A DNA stretch of 64,000 nucleotides from Mobula birostris. Taxonomy: Eukaryota. Under the pieces are notes generated by a model. The model had not been told where the DNA came from. It did not search any database and worked only from the letters and a program-made list of their open reading frames with translations. Within the stretch, counting starts at the first letter, position 1; the number at the start of each line of letters is the position of its first letter. The position numbers and the translations under genes are program-made. Positions 50,895-64,000 of this stretch are shown here, one piece after another. The DNA is taken from NCBI RefSeq assembly GCF_030028105.1, contig NC_092400.1:4340001-4404000 (forward strand), written 5' to 3'.

Positions 50895-52047
50895 GTAAGC
50901 AAGCTGCAGCGGATTCTGAACGTAGCTGAAAACCAGTCGTCGTGACTCTGCTACAGGATTGGCAGCGAGAACGGAGATTTTATTACGTTGATCCCATTGC
51001 TGCATTTCTGAAGTGGGGGTAGGATTGCGGCACTCGGATCCCTTTTGGAGGAGGAGGGAGCCGGCCCGTAAACTGTGTGTCCATTATTGGTTGCACCGTA
51101 GCAATCTCTGCCTGAAACTCACGTGCATACAGCCTGGCCTTGGGTCTGTACAGTCAGCCTGTAGATGCAACCTGTGAAGAACAGCACAGGAAGACTGCTT
51201 GTACACGAGGGGTGCAAGACGCCCGATGATAGAACCTGTTAGATAATCGGTGTCATTGGAGTTGGAGTGGGACATTTTTGGAGGTCTCCTATATAGGAAC
51301 ACTTTGGGCAAAGGGGTCAGCAAGGAAATGGCAGGCTGAAGAACAACTGTACAACTCTGAGTCTAGGGACTCTGTCTTTACCACGTTAGCTTGATATACA
51401 CAGTTTAAAGTGCTTCACAATGTCTGCAGAAAGTGGCGGATATGGCCCAGCCCATCACGGGAGAAACCCTCCCCACCACGGGAGAAACCCTCCCCACCAC
51501 TGTGCACATTTACAAGGAGCGCTGCCTCAGGAAAGCAGCATCCATCATCCATGCCATGCTCTCTTCTCGCTACCTCCATTGGGCAGAGGGTACAGAAGCC
51601 TTAAGTTCCACACCACCAGGTCCAGGAACAGTTATTTCCCGACAACCATCAGGCTCCTGAACCAGCGTGGATAACTTCACTCACCTCAACTCTGAACTGA
51701 TTCTGCAACCCACAGACTCTCTCTCTGGGGCTCTTTACAGCCCATGTTCTCAGTGTTTTTTTTATTGACTTATTTTGCACACTGGTTGGTTGTCAGTATT
51801 TATGTATAGTTGTTTTCATAAATTCTGTTGCATTTCTTTATTTTCCTGTTGATGCAAGAAAATAAATCTCAAGGAGCTTATGGTGACATGTATGTACTTT
51901 GATAATAAATGTACTTCAACTGGTGGGAGATGGTGGGGGTTCTTGATGATCAGTCCAGGCTTAGTTCTCAGTGTGCTACAGTCTGCTGATTTTGGGGTTG
52001 GGATATTACACTAATGAGCTCCATTTCTTTACCTGGAAAAACTGTAG

Positions 52048-52208
52048 GTATCCATGGAGATGATCGACCACCTGGAGCGCCTGGCACTTGTAGATTTTCG
52101 GAATCAGGAAGGAGTGCAAAGACTGGCAAGTGCCATACAATTTGCCAACCAGCTGCATGTTGTTGACACTGAGGGAGTGGAGCCCATGGACTCAGTACTG
52201 GAGGATCG
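52048..52208 (+). CDS. GATC: GATC exon 3
   Basis: [53 protein letters not shown](R) is the GatC core; donor CG|GTAACA. The acceptor has a weak pyrimidine tract. Confidence 0.95.
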
Positions 52209-52861
52209 GTAACAGCTGCCTCTTAATATATGATTGTAAAGTGGTTGTCTATTTGTAAGTCTATAGACACAAATGCTTTAGGATAAAGATGCAACTCCTT
52301 GGTGATACTCAGCAAATCAAACAGAATACACGGAAAGAGAATTGGTTAATCTTTCATGATCTGCAGGATGGTGGCATTGGTACAGTATATGTTCTAAATT
52401 AGGATGTCGAGAGTGTTAAGGAGAAATCTTTCCATAGAGGATTATGCGTCTTTGAATTCTCTACCCGAAAGAACTGAGGAAGCTGAATCATAAAATGTAT
52501 TCAACGCTGAGACAGATTTTTGAAATACTGCGGAGTCACAGGTTATGGGGAACAAGCAGGTAAGTGGAACAGCAACCAAGGTCAGAGCAATCTTGAACGG
52601 AGGCAGAAGCTGAAGTGGTTATGTAGTCTATTCCTATACCTCCTGAGAAATCATCTTACCAGCAGCTTCTCAGGGCCAGTTTGGGATGACGGATGAACAC
52701 AAACCTCGACAGAGACACCCCTATCCTGAGAGAAACTGCCTGCACTTAAGCAGCGTGATCTTGGTATAGACTTCTTGCACTGTCTTTCATTAGAGTTGTG
52801 GAGAACTGTGAAGTACTCTTGAATTTGGACCTAGTGCTTTCCTGGCGTACAGGTATATGAT

Positions 52862-52977
52862 GAATAAGCTCTTCTCGGGCTTCCAGACAGGTACAGATAT
52901 CGATTATAACCGATGTTTTGAAGTGTTGGTTCTAATTGATATCTGTACTTGGCTGGAAGCCTGAGAAGAGTTTATTC
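52862..52977. repeat. 116-bp palindrome (52-bp arms), probably Penelope-derived
   Basis: 52862-52913 versus the reverse complement of 52926-52977 shows 7 differences. Confidence 0.85.
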
Positions 52978-55900
52978 TTGAATTTGTTTTGATTTTGAAA
53001 GAGATGCTGGGGAATTTTGAACTATGCTGGAGAGAGTGCAGAGGAGATTCACCAGGATATTTGCCGAATTAGAGAACTTAAGTTATGGGGAGAGATTGGT
53101 TAGGTTGAGCTGGTTTTCCCTGATGCAGAGGAGGCTGAAGGCTGAGCTGACAGAGGTATATAAATTTATAAGATGCATGTACAGAGCAGACAGAATTATA
53201 GGCAACATGGTAGCGTAACACTACAGCGACAGTGACCTGCGTTCAATACTGTAGTGTATTTAACATTTCAGTAATATTTGAGTAACATTGTAAGTATATT
53301 GTTTGATTGAGCACTCTTTGTTTACATAGTTCATTATGGGTTATATGTAAAGGTACTTGAAATGCCCAAGTCATACGTGAGTGCCTCACTAAAGAAAAGA
53401 AACTAAGTACAGATGCATCCCGACTCCCGTGATTTTCTTTTAATCAGCTCTAGAGTTATGAAATATAACAAACATCACCGCTGTCTGTAAGGACATTCTC
53501 TCGTGATCAAGTGGGTTTCCTCTGGGTGTAATTGGGCATCGCGAGCTCATTGGGCTAGAAGGGCCTTTTAATGTGCTGAACTAAAACAGTCAGAATTATT
53601 TCCTCCATTGAAGGGGTATCAAAACAAGAATATTCGAGTTTAAGGTGAGAGGAAGAAATGTTAAAGGGGATTTGAGTGGGGAAGGTTTTGACACAGCGGC
53701 TTTGCCAGAGAAGGTGGTGGAATCAGATACGTTTGTATTGTTTGACAGATAACTGGAATAGGCGTGGTATAGCATACCAAACTAATGTAGGCAAATGGGA
53801 TTAGTGTGGGTGGGCAAGAAGGTGAGTCTGGACATGTGGGCTGAAGGGCCATTTCTCAGTTGTACAAATCTACAACTGTATTGCAGTCAAAAGAATTGTT
53901 TGTTTATGTGATGGGCCTCATGACCTTTTAGCTAGAGAAACTAGGAGAACACAGTGCTATTCACAGTCGGTTAGAAGCAAAATGGCATTTACTATTGGTG
54001 CTGCACAGCATCCCAGAACCTTTCTTTTCTTAGAGGTACAGCACGGTAACTGGCCCTTTTGACTCAATGAGCCCACGCTGCCCGTTTATGCATTAACTTA
54101 CTAACTGGTACGTCTTTGAGGAAATCGGAGCACCCGGAGGAAACCCACGCGGTCACTGGGAGGACATACAAACTCCTTACAGCAGCGGGAATCGAACCCA
54201 GGTTGCTAGGACTGTAGTGTATTTGATTGTACTAAAGATCTAATTGAGGTGCAAAGAAACAAGGAGTATTCCAATGACTTGTTAATCCTAAATCCTGCAT
54301 CCAGATAAATTTCTTGTAATTTACTATTTCTAATCCATTGCAGAGAATTTGCCAACCTTGGGTAGAGAGGAACAGAAGTTGCTACAAATGCTTGGCAGAT
54401 CAGACAGTATCTGCAGCAAGATTTAGTGCCTCAGGTCAATGACCATTTGACAATACTGAAAACAGTTTTAGATGTGATAGAGGTACAGAAAGAGAACTGG
54501 GGAGAGGGAGGTGGGGATGTAAATTGCAAAAGAGAAAATCTGTAACCAAATGGAAATGACTAAAGGGAAAAATGAGCCTGCAATGAGAAGATAAAGAAAC
54601 AAGTAGAAAATAACAAACCGAGAGCCATTGCCAGTAGCCACTGTCTGGTTATAGCCATAACATTTGAATGATTTTAGTTTAAAAGTCCAGTTTTTAACAT
54701 ATATTGGGATGTGTATATTGGTGTGCACAACTACCGGTCATGGGTTAAGGGTGAAAGGTGAAATGTTTAAGGAGGACATGTTCACTCAGAGGGAGATGAG
54801 ACTGTGTAATGAGTTGCTGGTGGAAGTGGTGGATGAAGGTTTGATTTCAACATTTAAGAGAAGTTTGGGTAAATACATGGATGGGGAGGGTATGGAGGGC
54901 TATGGGCCACATGCAGGTCGATGGGACTAGGCAGAATAATAGTTCAGCATGGACTTGATGGGCCAAAGGGCCTGTTTCTGTACTGTAGTGAATACTCTAT
55001 GTCTATGACACCATGACTCTAACCTTTGCAATGTTAGAAAATGTGTGAAAAGAGTCCGTTTGTGTAGATGGTGCTTTAAGCACTAGGTTGTCTTTTACAT
55101 ATCTGTGAAGGTAGTTCACAGGGAATTTCCTTTATTTTACCAGTAGCCACCTGTGCACTTTAACTATTGATATCTACAATATCTCGATCTTGTTTTCCTG
55201 AACCTCTGAAGGCAAATTAAACCAAATAGCACTTCTTAATTAGTCTTGACATCATCAGGGCTTGCAGCTTCTTTGCATACAGTCTACCCTGTTCTGGTTG
55301 TCAGTGTGATGCACACTCTCCTCACTAATGTTAGCAGTAACACCACCCAGAGCTATACTGAAGTTTACAGGGTCTACAGCATCGAATATTCATTAGTGAA
55401 TTTACTGCTCTTAGTTTCAGGGAACTACAGGCCAGTTAGCCTGATGTCAGTGGTGGGGAAGTTACAGGAAGGTATTCTGACGGACAGGATCTACTAGCAT
55501 TTGGGTAGACAGTCAGATTAGCTGGAGTCAACATGGCTTCGTGCATGGAAAACTGTGCTCGATTATCCTTTTAAAGTTCCTTGAAGAGGTAGGCAAAAAA
55601 GGTAGATGAGGTAGTGGATGTTGTCCATACAGACTTTAGCACAGGCTTTGACAAGGTCCCACATGGTATGCTGATTTGGAAGATTAGATCCCATGGAAAC
55701 CATGGAGAATTTGTTAAGCAGATTCACAATTGGCTCAGAGATAATTGAACGTTGTTTCTTGGAATGGGGCTGGTGACTTGGGGGTGTGCTACAGGGATCA
55801 CTGCTAGGATCCTTATTATTTGATATTTGTATATACAGTTTAAATGTGAATGCGCAGGGCTGATCAGTAAATTTGCAGGTGTCATGATATTGGGCTGCAT

Positions 55901-57291
55901 CACCATCTGGTTTTGGGGTGGGGGGCCTTAGAAAGTTGGCATCCATCATTAAGGACCCCCACCACCCAGTTCGTGCCCTCTTTTCATTGCTACCGTCGGG
56001 AAGGAGGTATCGAAGCCTGTAGGCACACACTTGGCGATTCACAACAAATTTCACGACATATGCTGGTGATATTAAACCTGATTCTGATTCTATTGCTGAT
56101 GGTGAAGGACATTACCATAGATTACAAGGGTGATCTTGATCAATTCGTGAAATGGGCTGAAGAGTTTAAAATAGATTTCAATACAAATAAGAGTGAGATG
56201 ATGCATTTTGGAACGTCAGACCAATGTAGAGTTGTACTATGAATGGTAGTTGTAAGTGGTGTAATGAAACATAGAGACCTAATAGTACAAGTGCATGGTT
56301 ATTTGGAATTGATAAGAGTGGTGAAAAGGTTGTTTAGCATGCTGGTCTGCATCGGTCAGGACACACTGTTTAGCAAAGATGTGGTTAAAATGGAGAATGC
56401 AGAAAAGATTTGGATGGATATTGCCAAGACCAGAACATATTAGATCCACAGAGTTCTTCAGAAGTTAAGAACGAAGCCCACATCTTATGGTTACAGTCAT
56501 TTATTAGATGTTCATCATAGTACAGGTCAGACAGGGTCTGATGAAGGCAAGGCAAGTAAGAAGTAAGTAACAGCAACTTAGGCATATGCTTTCTTTTTAT
56601 ACTGCAAACCACCTGGACTGGTTTAGATGAAAAATCTGTTTAGCAGGTACTGACTGAATCACATTTCAGCTTTGCAGATGAGACTACAGAAGTTTAGAAT
56701 CAAATGCATTACAAGTTACTAAAAATTTATAGGAAAAATAGATGATTATACAAACATGTAAGCAATCGAAATGCAAAGGCTGAAACTCCAAGGAAAAACA
56801 ATAAAAACAATTTGGATCCTAATCCAAAGTGGGATAGGCTGGGTTTTTATTCCTTGACACATAGATTGGGAGTGACCTTATAGAAATGTTGAAAATCATA
56901 ATGGATCGTAGCAGTCTTTTCCCCAGGGTAAGGGAGTTTAGAACTAGGGGGCATAGGATTAGGGTAAAAGGGAAAAGATTTTAAAGGGAACTGAGGGGCA
57001 ACTTTTTCACCCAGAGGATAGTGAGTATATGGAATGAGCTGCCAGAAGAAGTGGTTGAGGCAGGTACAGTCATATCATTTAAGAAGCACTTGGATATATA
57101 CATGTCAGAGTGGGGTTTAGGGGAATATAGGCTTAAATTGGGTCTAATTGGGTGGGCACTATGGTCAGCCAAACAACCCAAATCCATGCTCTATCGCTCT
57201 GACTCTAAGATGGATACCGAGTCCAGTATAAGCTATCGAAAAAGAACTATTCAATTATATTATGTATATTTATTTATTTCCCCCCACATAG

Positions 57292-57395
57292 GCCTTTGTA
57301 TCTGCGTGCGGATGAAGTCACAGATGGTTACTGCACGGAGGCGGTTTTGAGCAATGCAAGGCAAGTTGTAGAGGAATACTTCGTGGCACCTCCAG
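57292..57395 (+). CDS. GATC: GATC exon 4
   Basis: Acceptor ccacatAG; [34 protein letters not shown]; donor CAG|GTAAAT. Confidence 0.96.
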
Positions 57396-60300
57396 GTAAA
57401 TGGCCATAGTTGATGATTTTTGCAATCAATCTTCATGAATGTTCTGATTTTCAGTATGTTCCCTAGTTATAAAATGGAAATGTACTGGCTACCAGATTTT
57501 CATTGATAGAAAATAATCCCCATTGAATATTTCCCAATGCAAGATCTGCATTTGCCATCGTTGGCCAAAGAGCTTCTATTTACCACCTGGGACTCAAAAG
57601 ATTTTGTGGGGTAGGTACCGGACATAACATGATTCTGATTTCACCAGGTCTTCAGACATTGGCACTTACAAGGAGTTGTTATTTATGAGTTGAGCTAGAA
57701 GTCAGAATTGTGAATGTTGTTGATTTTGTTGCATGTTCCACCCTTACCAACATACCACAGCAAATTCTTAATATATGTGGTGAGTAAAGTTAATCCTTGA
57801 TCTTGTTTTTCAAAGTCTTAAGGCAACTTTAGGAAAAAAATGCACTCTTTAATTATTCTACACATCATCAATGCTTGCAGCTTCTGTACGGACCAAATCT
57901 CTTCTGGTTGCATTTGTGGTGCACATTGTGTGGTCACCAATGTGAAGAATATTATTGTTGAAAGTAATACTTCCTAGAGCCAATACCAAAAATCAAAAGG
58001 ACTAGAGATGTGTGCCTTGGGTCAGAGCTGGGCATACTGTTTTTCACCTCTATATCAACAAGTGTAATAAGGATGGCTGGAAAGTTTGCAGATGACACAA
58101 AAACAGGTGGTGTCACAAACAGTAAAGGCGGCTATCAAACATTATAGGGAATGCAGGTCCAGCAACAGTTATTACCCTACAACCCGTAGGTTCCTAACCA
58201 GCCTGGATAACTTCACTCACCTGAACTCTGAACTGACTCAACAACCTATAGACACATTTTCAAGAACTCTACAACTCAGTATTATTTTTAAAATTTATTA
58301 TTTGCATGATCCTGCCCCTTTTTACACACTTGATATTTGTCAGTCTTTGTTAAGTATAGTTTTTCATAAATAGAAGCGTGGACACTAAACTTGATTGACA
58401 AAGGAACTACCTCAACTATACTCTGGATTAATTTGTTGCTAACTTTTAACCTTGCATTATATTACTTACAAGTGATTTTTTGTATTTTTTAAATCCCTGC
58501 ACAAATAGAAATGAGACCCAATTTTCTCTTGTGTGTTTAATCAAGTGTCCCACATGATTACCTCAGAATTAAATCAAAGCATAACATTCAGCAGATGTGA
58601 TCTTTGTGAATGTAATCCTGTTTCTATTTTTAGTCTTAACAGAGAATAAGAGCTCTGCAATGCCTCAATTGTCATTATTCTGGTGAATCTTAGTAATACA
58701 AATACACTAGGTCTCCGATCCAAGTTCTTTAGGACTGGACTGCACTTGAACATCAGATATGTTTGGGTAATAGATAGCAATCTTGACAGTCTAAGGTTTT
58801 TGTATACCCAGTGCAATTTCAACATGTTATTTTTAAATAAAGTGTCTTTATGTAGCCAAGTAGTATATCAAAGAAAATAAAAATCATTATGCACTTGCCC
58901 AGATACATGGGATCAAAAGTCTGCAGAAACATTTCCATTTTGAGAATCTTGAATTTGATGTTTTTTGACTGGAAGACTTTTAATGTGGCAAGCAGCCTGT
59001 TTGACCTTAATTTTTTGGCCAAACCAGAACCTGCCTTGATGAAGGGCAGGACCCTGGCTGATTTTTTTCCCCCCTTTCATATAAGCCAGTTGTAGATCTC
59101 TTGTTCTAACCCCTGCTTCTCTTAGAGGCTGTAAACATCATTTAAACATGCTGTAGTAATGCCACTCCGAATGTACTTGTTGATTTAGTTTGTAAAATTG
59201 TTTCAGGTATTTTGGGCCACAAGTTAACCTCAAACTGTCACACCGTTAGGCAGATTTACTTAAATAAAACATCAAGAGTCAACCTGGATCAGCTTGGTAG
59301 GCAATCCTGTTGAATTAATTTTTTTGTTGAGCAGATGACTAAATACATTGAGGGCAGTGCAGTTCATATGGTTTATATAGACTTCATTAAGGCCTTTGAC
59401 AAGATCCTACGTAGAAACCTATAAAAGATTAGAGTCCATGGGACCCAAGGAAATTGGCAAATTAGGTGCAAAATTGCCTCGGTAATAGGAGGCAGGAGGT
59501 GATGGCACACAATTGCTTTAGTCACTGGAAACCTGTAGCCAGCTGTGCAAAACAGGCACTGGTGCTGCCACCCTTGCTATTCATCAATTTAACATTTGAA
59601 TGTAAAGATACTGTGAAGTTGTGGCATGGCAAGGGTTAAAATCCAGGCAAGAAAGGTCTTTGAAGAGCATATCTTCCCTCTGCACAGCAGGAGCCTGCAG
59701 CTGTTTGGGATTCAGAGACAAGATAAGGATGTAAGCCACACACATCAACTAAGGGACAATTACTCTATTAATTTCAAAGTATCGTCAGTTGTTATCTGCC
59801 ACATCTGCTCTCCGGATGAGGCTTTTCATTCCAGGACGAGGGAGATGTCCTCCTTTTTTAAAGAAAGGGGCTTCCCTTCCTCCACCTTCTGCTCTGCTCT
59901 CAACGCATCTCCCCCAAGACTGCCTCTCATCAGTTGTTATCTTGTAGTTTCTATTGACTTTTAACACCTGTATAGTGGCGATTGATCTTGCAAATAAGGA
60001 ATTTGAACATACACAAATGAGGTTATCTATTGGTTGATATCTGTAACTACTAATCAATTCTGCATAAAAATGGCATTTCTCTGTTCAGATTTGAGAACGG
60101 TGTGTTTTCAGAGTCCTGTTAATCAGTGACGACAGAATGATTATCAGTAAGTTTCCAGTTTACATGAAAATTAGTGGTGTTCTGGATAATGAAGGGAGCT
60201 TTAGCTACAGAACAATATTAAAAATACGCTAATTCTGATCAGTGTGAGGTGATGCATTTTAGGGGAGTTTAATAAAGGGTTGTAGAAGTACAAGTCCAAA

Positions 60301-60629
60301 AATCTTTTAAGGTGCCAGTACAGTAGATAGGGTAGTGAATAGCATGCAGGATGATTGATTACCATGGACATAAAATGCTTCCACCCAGGATGGATATGAT
60401 TATGCTGGAGAGGGTGCAGATGAGATTCACCAGGATGTAGCCTCAGACAGAGTATATGCTGAACGTTTCCTTTTGAACAGAGGAGGCTGGATGTGAAACT
60501 TGATGCAGATATATATACAGCTTCATGAGAAGTCTGAGCACTTGAATTGTCAAGGCATAGGAGGCAGTGGACCAAGAGCTGCTAAAAGGGGCTAACTAGT
60601 AAATACAGGCGCTGATGGTTGGAGTGATG

Positions 60630-61150
60630 TCAAGAAAGCAACCTCTCCCTCAATGTCGCAAAGACAAAGGAGCTGGTCGTGGACTACAGGAGGAATGGAG
60701 ACAGGCTAACCCCAATAGACATCAATGGGTCTGCAGTTGAGAGGGTGAACAGCTTTAAGTTCCTCAGCATAAACATCACCGGGGATCCCACGTGGTCTGT
60801 ACATGCTGCCTGTGTGGTGAAAAAAAGGCACAACAGCACCTCCTTCACCTCAGACAGTTGAGGAAGTTTGGTATGGCCTCCCAAATTCTAAGAACTTTCT
60901 ACAGGGGCACGATTGAGAGCATCCTGACTGGTATGGGAACTGTACTTCCCTCAATCGCAGGTCTCTGCAGAGAGTGGTGCGGACAGCCCAGTGCATCTGT
61001 AGATGTGAACTTCTCACTATTCAGGACATTTACAAAGACGGGTGTGAAGGATCGTTGGAGACCCAAGTCACCCCAACCACAAACTATTCCGGCTGCTACC
61101 ATCTGGGAAATGGTACCACAGCATAAAAACCAGGACCACCAGGCCATCTG
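60630..61150 (+). mobile_element. Rex-Babar LINE fragment
   Basis: KTKELVVDYRR, INGSAVERVNSFKFL and LRTFYRGTIESILTG motifs. Confidence 0.8.
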
Positions 61151-61902
61151 TCTCTCTTTTCAGATGTCCATCAAAATCCGATGACATCCACTCCTTTAAC
61201 GGTGAGATCTTTGATGACTATACAGTCCTATCCTGGACCCACAAGCTCTATTGCAGGTGGGACATGTATATGTGGTAGTGGTGGCAACCATGGCTGCATT
61301 TCTCCTGGTTCTCTTCTGCTGTCTTCTGGTTGTTCTTTCCATCTCCAGAATATAACCCCGTCCCTACACAGCTGTCGAGAGAAGACTATTTTCATTGACA
61401 ACCTAATTTTAATGCAAGTTGACAGTGGGAATTTGTCACCTTTTGTAAGGTATTTATCTGCAAAAATCTGTGAATAGTTAATATTAATCCTACACTGATG
61501 TTGTTAATTATTCAAATAATTGTTAATTATTTGAAGTTGATTACTGGAAATACAAATGCTAGAAGCAAATTGCTGATGATTCTGTAAATATATAAAGTTA
61601 ACAATTGCCGAAGTTGGGGTGAGTTACAATACTGTTCTAGAGTAATAAAGCCAGAGCTGTTGCTCAGTGAGCAATCTGATGGAAAATACATGTGCTAAGC
61701 TGTGAATTCATTCCCATTGACAACAGAAAATCCATAGGGCCCAAGGATCATAACTGAGCTGCTGTCTTCAATGATTTTACAAGTATTATTTTGCTGGGAA
61801 GTGCCTAGAGGTAGTGAAAATGACTTTTTTGAGCAATATGTACACGAGTGCATTATCAGGATTGCATTTTGCATAATACAAATAAACATCTTTTAATTCC
61901 AG

Positions 61903-61949
61903 GCAATATTCCACTTCCACGGAAAGAGGAGAGAGATGATGGTCTTTAA
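61903..61949 (+). CDS. GATC: GATC exon 5 (terminal)
   Basis: Acceptor taattccAG; (G)NIPLPRKEERDDGL*; CDS totals 525 nt = 174 aa; AATAAA at 62316 and further downstream. Confidence 0.9.
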
Positions 61950-64000
61950 TATTCCGAATGGCAAACACGGACTTGCTGCTTTACGGCAGATACTGAATTC
62001 AAAGCAAACATCTGGTCGCAGCGATCCACTGAAGACTGAAGTGCAACAATACTTTCATTTGAACTGAAGGACAGTGCCATCATTTTTGGAATTTATTGAT
62101 GTATAATATTTCTCTTGTGGAAATGTCATTTGTTATGTCGTGGAGAGTTTACTAAGACAAATGCAGAAAAGAAACAGCTCATTCATAGCATTCCTGACGA
62201 AGCAAGCAAGCTGTGACTCCATAAGTGTGAGCAGGATCTAGGTGCACACTAACATAGTATGGATGGAACATTTATTTCTGAGATCTAAATAAGGCCAGAC
62301 GGTGTTCCTCAGTAAAATAAACAATCATGTGGCCCATTTGTTTTTTTAAAAATGCTGTATCAGACCTGCAGTAACAATCATTTCATTCTCCTTTATACCC
62401 TTATATGAAAGAATGGAAATAAACTATCTTGAATCTTTTGAAGAATCGCCATCCAGAACTGCTCAAAACTTCGACTTGCAAGCAGTCTTAAGCAACCAGA
62501 GTACCCTTCATTAATTTAAAACTTCATCTAGAAGTCAGCACTGCTTGTTGCAGGTCTACTCCTGCCTGTTGAGAAGATGCAGCCAGTGGCCAGAGGTGCT
62601 GTCAAATACTAAACGGGCAAGCATCTGCATCAACAGCAATATCCTCTATAACGTCTTTCTTTTTAAAATTCACTTTCAACTTAAATGAAGTTAATATATT
62701 ATTTTCAGTACGTTTGGGCTTGATATATCAGAACAACTGTATTTGAGGGCAAAAGGCTCAGAAATAAGCACACCAGTTCCCTGCTATTTTTTTATTTAAT
62801 AAAAAGGGAAGTGTGTAAGTTAGCTGAAACCAGTAAAGATCAACACAGTCAATAATAAAAAGGAAAAAACAAGTTTATTCAAAGCATTACATGAAATATA
62901 GAACTGAAGGAAAAACTAACCACCAGTGATGGAATGTAGATTTAAAAAAATTGACTACCAAGTCCTCATCTATATTGGGGGGAGCTTCTGCCTTGATAGG
63001 GAGAATAACGACCTCTAGAAAGGGACCTTGATCTTGATCTCCCATAACTGGAACTTCTGGGTTTGTCAGCGCGAACTCGAATATAAGCAGTTTCTCCCTG
63101 GAAAAGAATTGAAGATGATTAGTGGCAGAAGCCAAACTTGTTGGGGAAGACTGGACTGCAACATTCAGAACTGGTGCTTCAATAATAAACAATACAATGG
63201 GCAGGAGGAATTTATCACAGGTACTCCTGCCAATTTATCAACCAAACATCTCCAGGACCTTTCTTGGAATTCCAACTGATATTTCAGAGGGTAATGTTCT
63301 GTCTACTGACCAAAAGGGTTAGGTAAACAGTTTTGGTGTCTTAATCTGGGTTCCTAAGTATATGCTGTTTCACAAACTCTCTGCCCCCACTTCAGCAATA
63401 CAACAGAATCTCAAAAAGGGCACAGAGTGGCTGATGGTGGAAGTTGGATGGTTTCTCCTTGCGGCACCCACTAGGATTTTTGAGAGATTAATACCCAGGC
63501 TTGTTATTGACAGAGTAGTTCCTAATTTGCTTCTAGCTGCAATGTACCTAACCTGGGAGTACTTTATGCAAATATTTAATATCTGAAAGAAATACATTCC
63601 TATCACTTAGTAAAAATAAATTCTACAAGGTCCCAAATTGTTTAGCTCATAATCCCAATGTGTTAACTGGTAAACAGACCAAAGTGCATCTACCAGAGTG
63701 ACAGCAGTTACAATTAGACTGTGTGTTTCCCCCACCTCTGCCTTTTTAATCAATTGGGCTTTTTTTGCAATATTTGAATGAATTATAAGAAAAAGATGCT
63801 GCTGTCATGTAAGCATAGGGGATTCTGGCCATAATCCAGACACAAAGTATACAACAGGAATTACAGAAAGAAAGGGGAACAATTTTGGGAAGAAAATACA
63901 TACCATATTCTGTATAAATTAACAATGAAAGATCTCGATAATTTATGCTGAAACTAAACCAAGCTGTTAGCAAACACTTGAATTACTGAAATAGCAGGAT

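Noticed and set aside
52048-52056. U12-type or recursive splice site (AG|GTATCC) in GATC
   Set aside because: GTATCCAT departs from the U12 consensus GTATCCTT and is simply the Val-Ser start of exon 3.

Overview
Repeat-rich vertebrate nuclear DNA. The repeat families (CR1, Rex-Babar, RTE, Penelope-like, L1/Tx1, tRNA-SINEs) suggest a cartilaginous fish, probably a ray; this is an inference. I reconstructed three intact, co-oriented (+) nuclear-encoded mitochondrial genes exon by exon: COX6A1 (3 exons, 106 aa), TRIAP1 (2 exons, 79 aa) and GATC (5 exons, 174 aa). An intact tRNA-Lys(UUU) lies ~0.4 kb upstream of the TRIAP1 ATG, and a full-length but inactivated 5.8-kb L1-clade element with a 16-bp TSD sits in GATC intron 1. 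The most interesting signals are: (1) a decayed multi-exon minus-strand gene with protein-kinase N-lobe motifs at ~26.3-39.9 kb, split by a CR1 insertion and apparently hosting tRNA-Lys and TRIAP1 in an intron; (2) a phase-consistent chain of candidate + strand exons at 3.9-12.2 kb encoding an unrecognised ~199-aa peptide; (3) a short RTE-type retroposon whose 5' end is a twister-ribozyme cleavage product; (4) minimal hammerhead motifs in Penelope-like repeats that form fold-backs; (5) TRIAP1 orientation opposite to the human head-to-head TRIAP1/GATC arrangement. All analysis was by eye; no searches were run.
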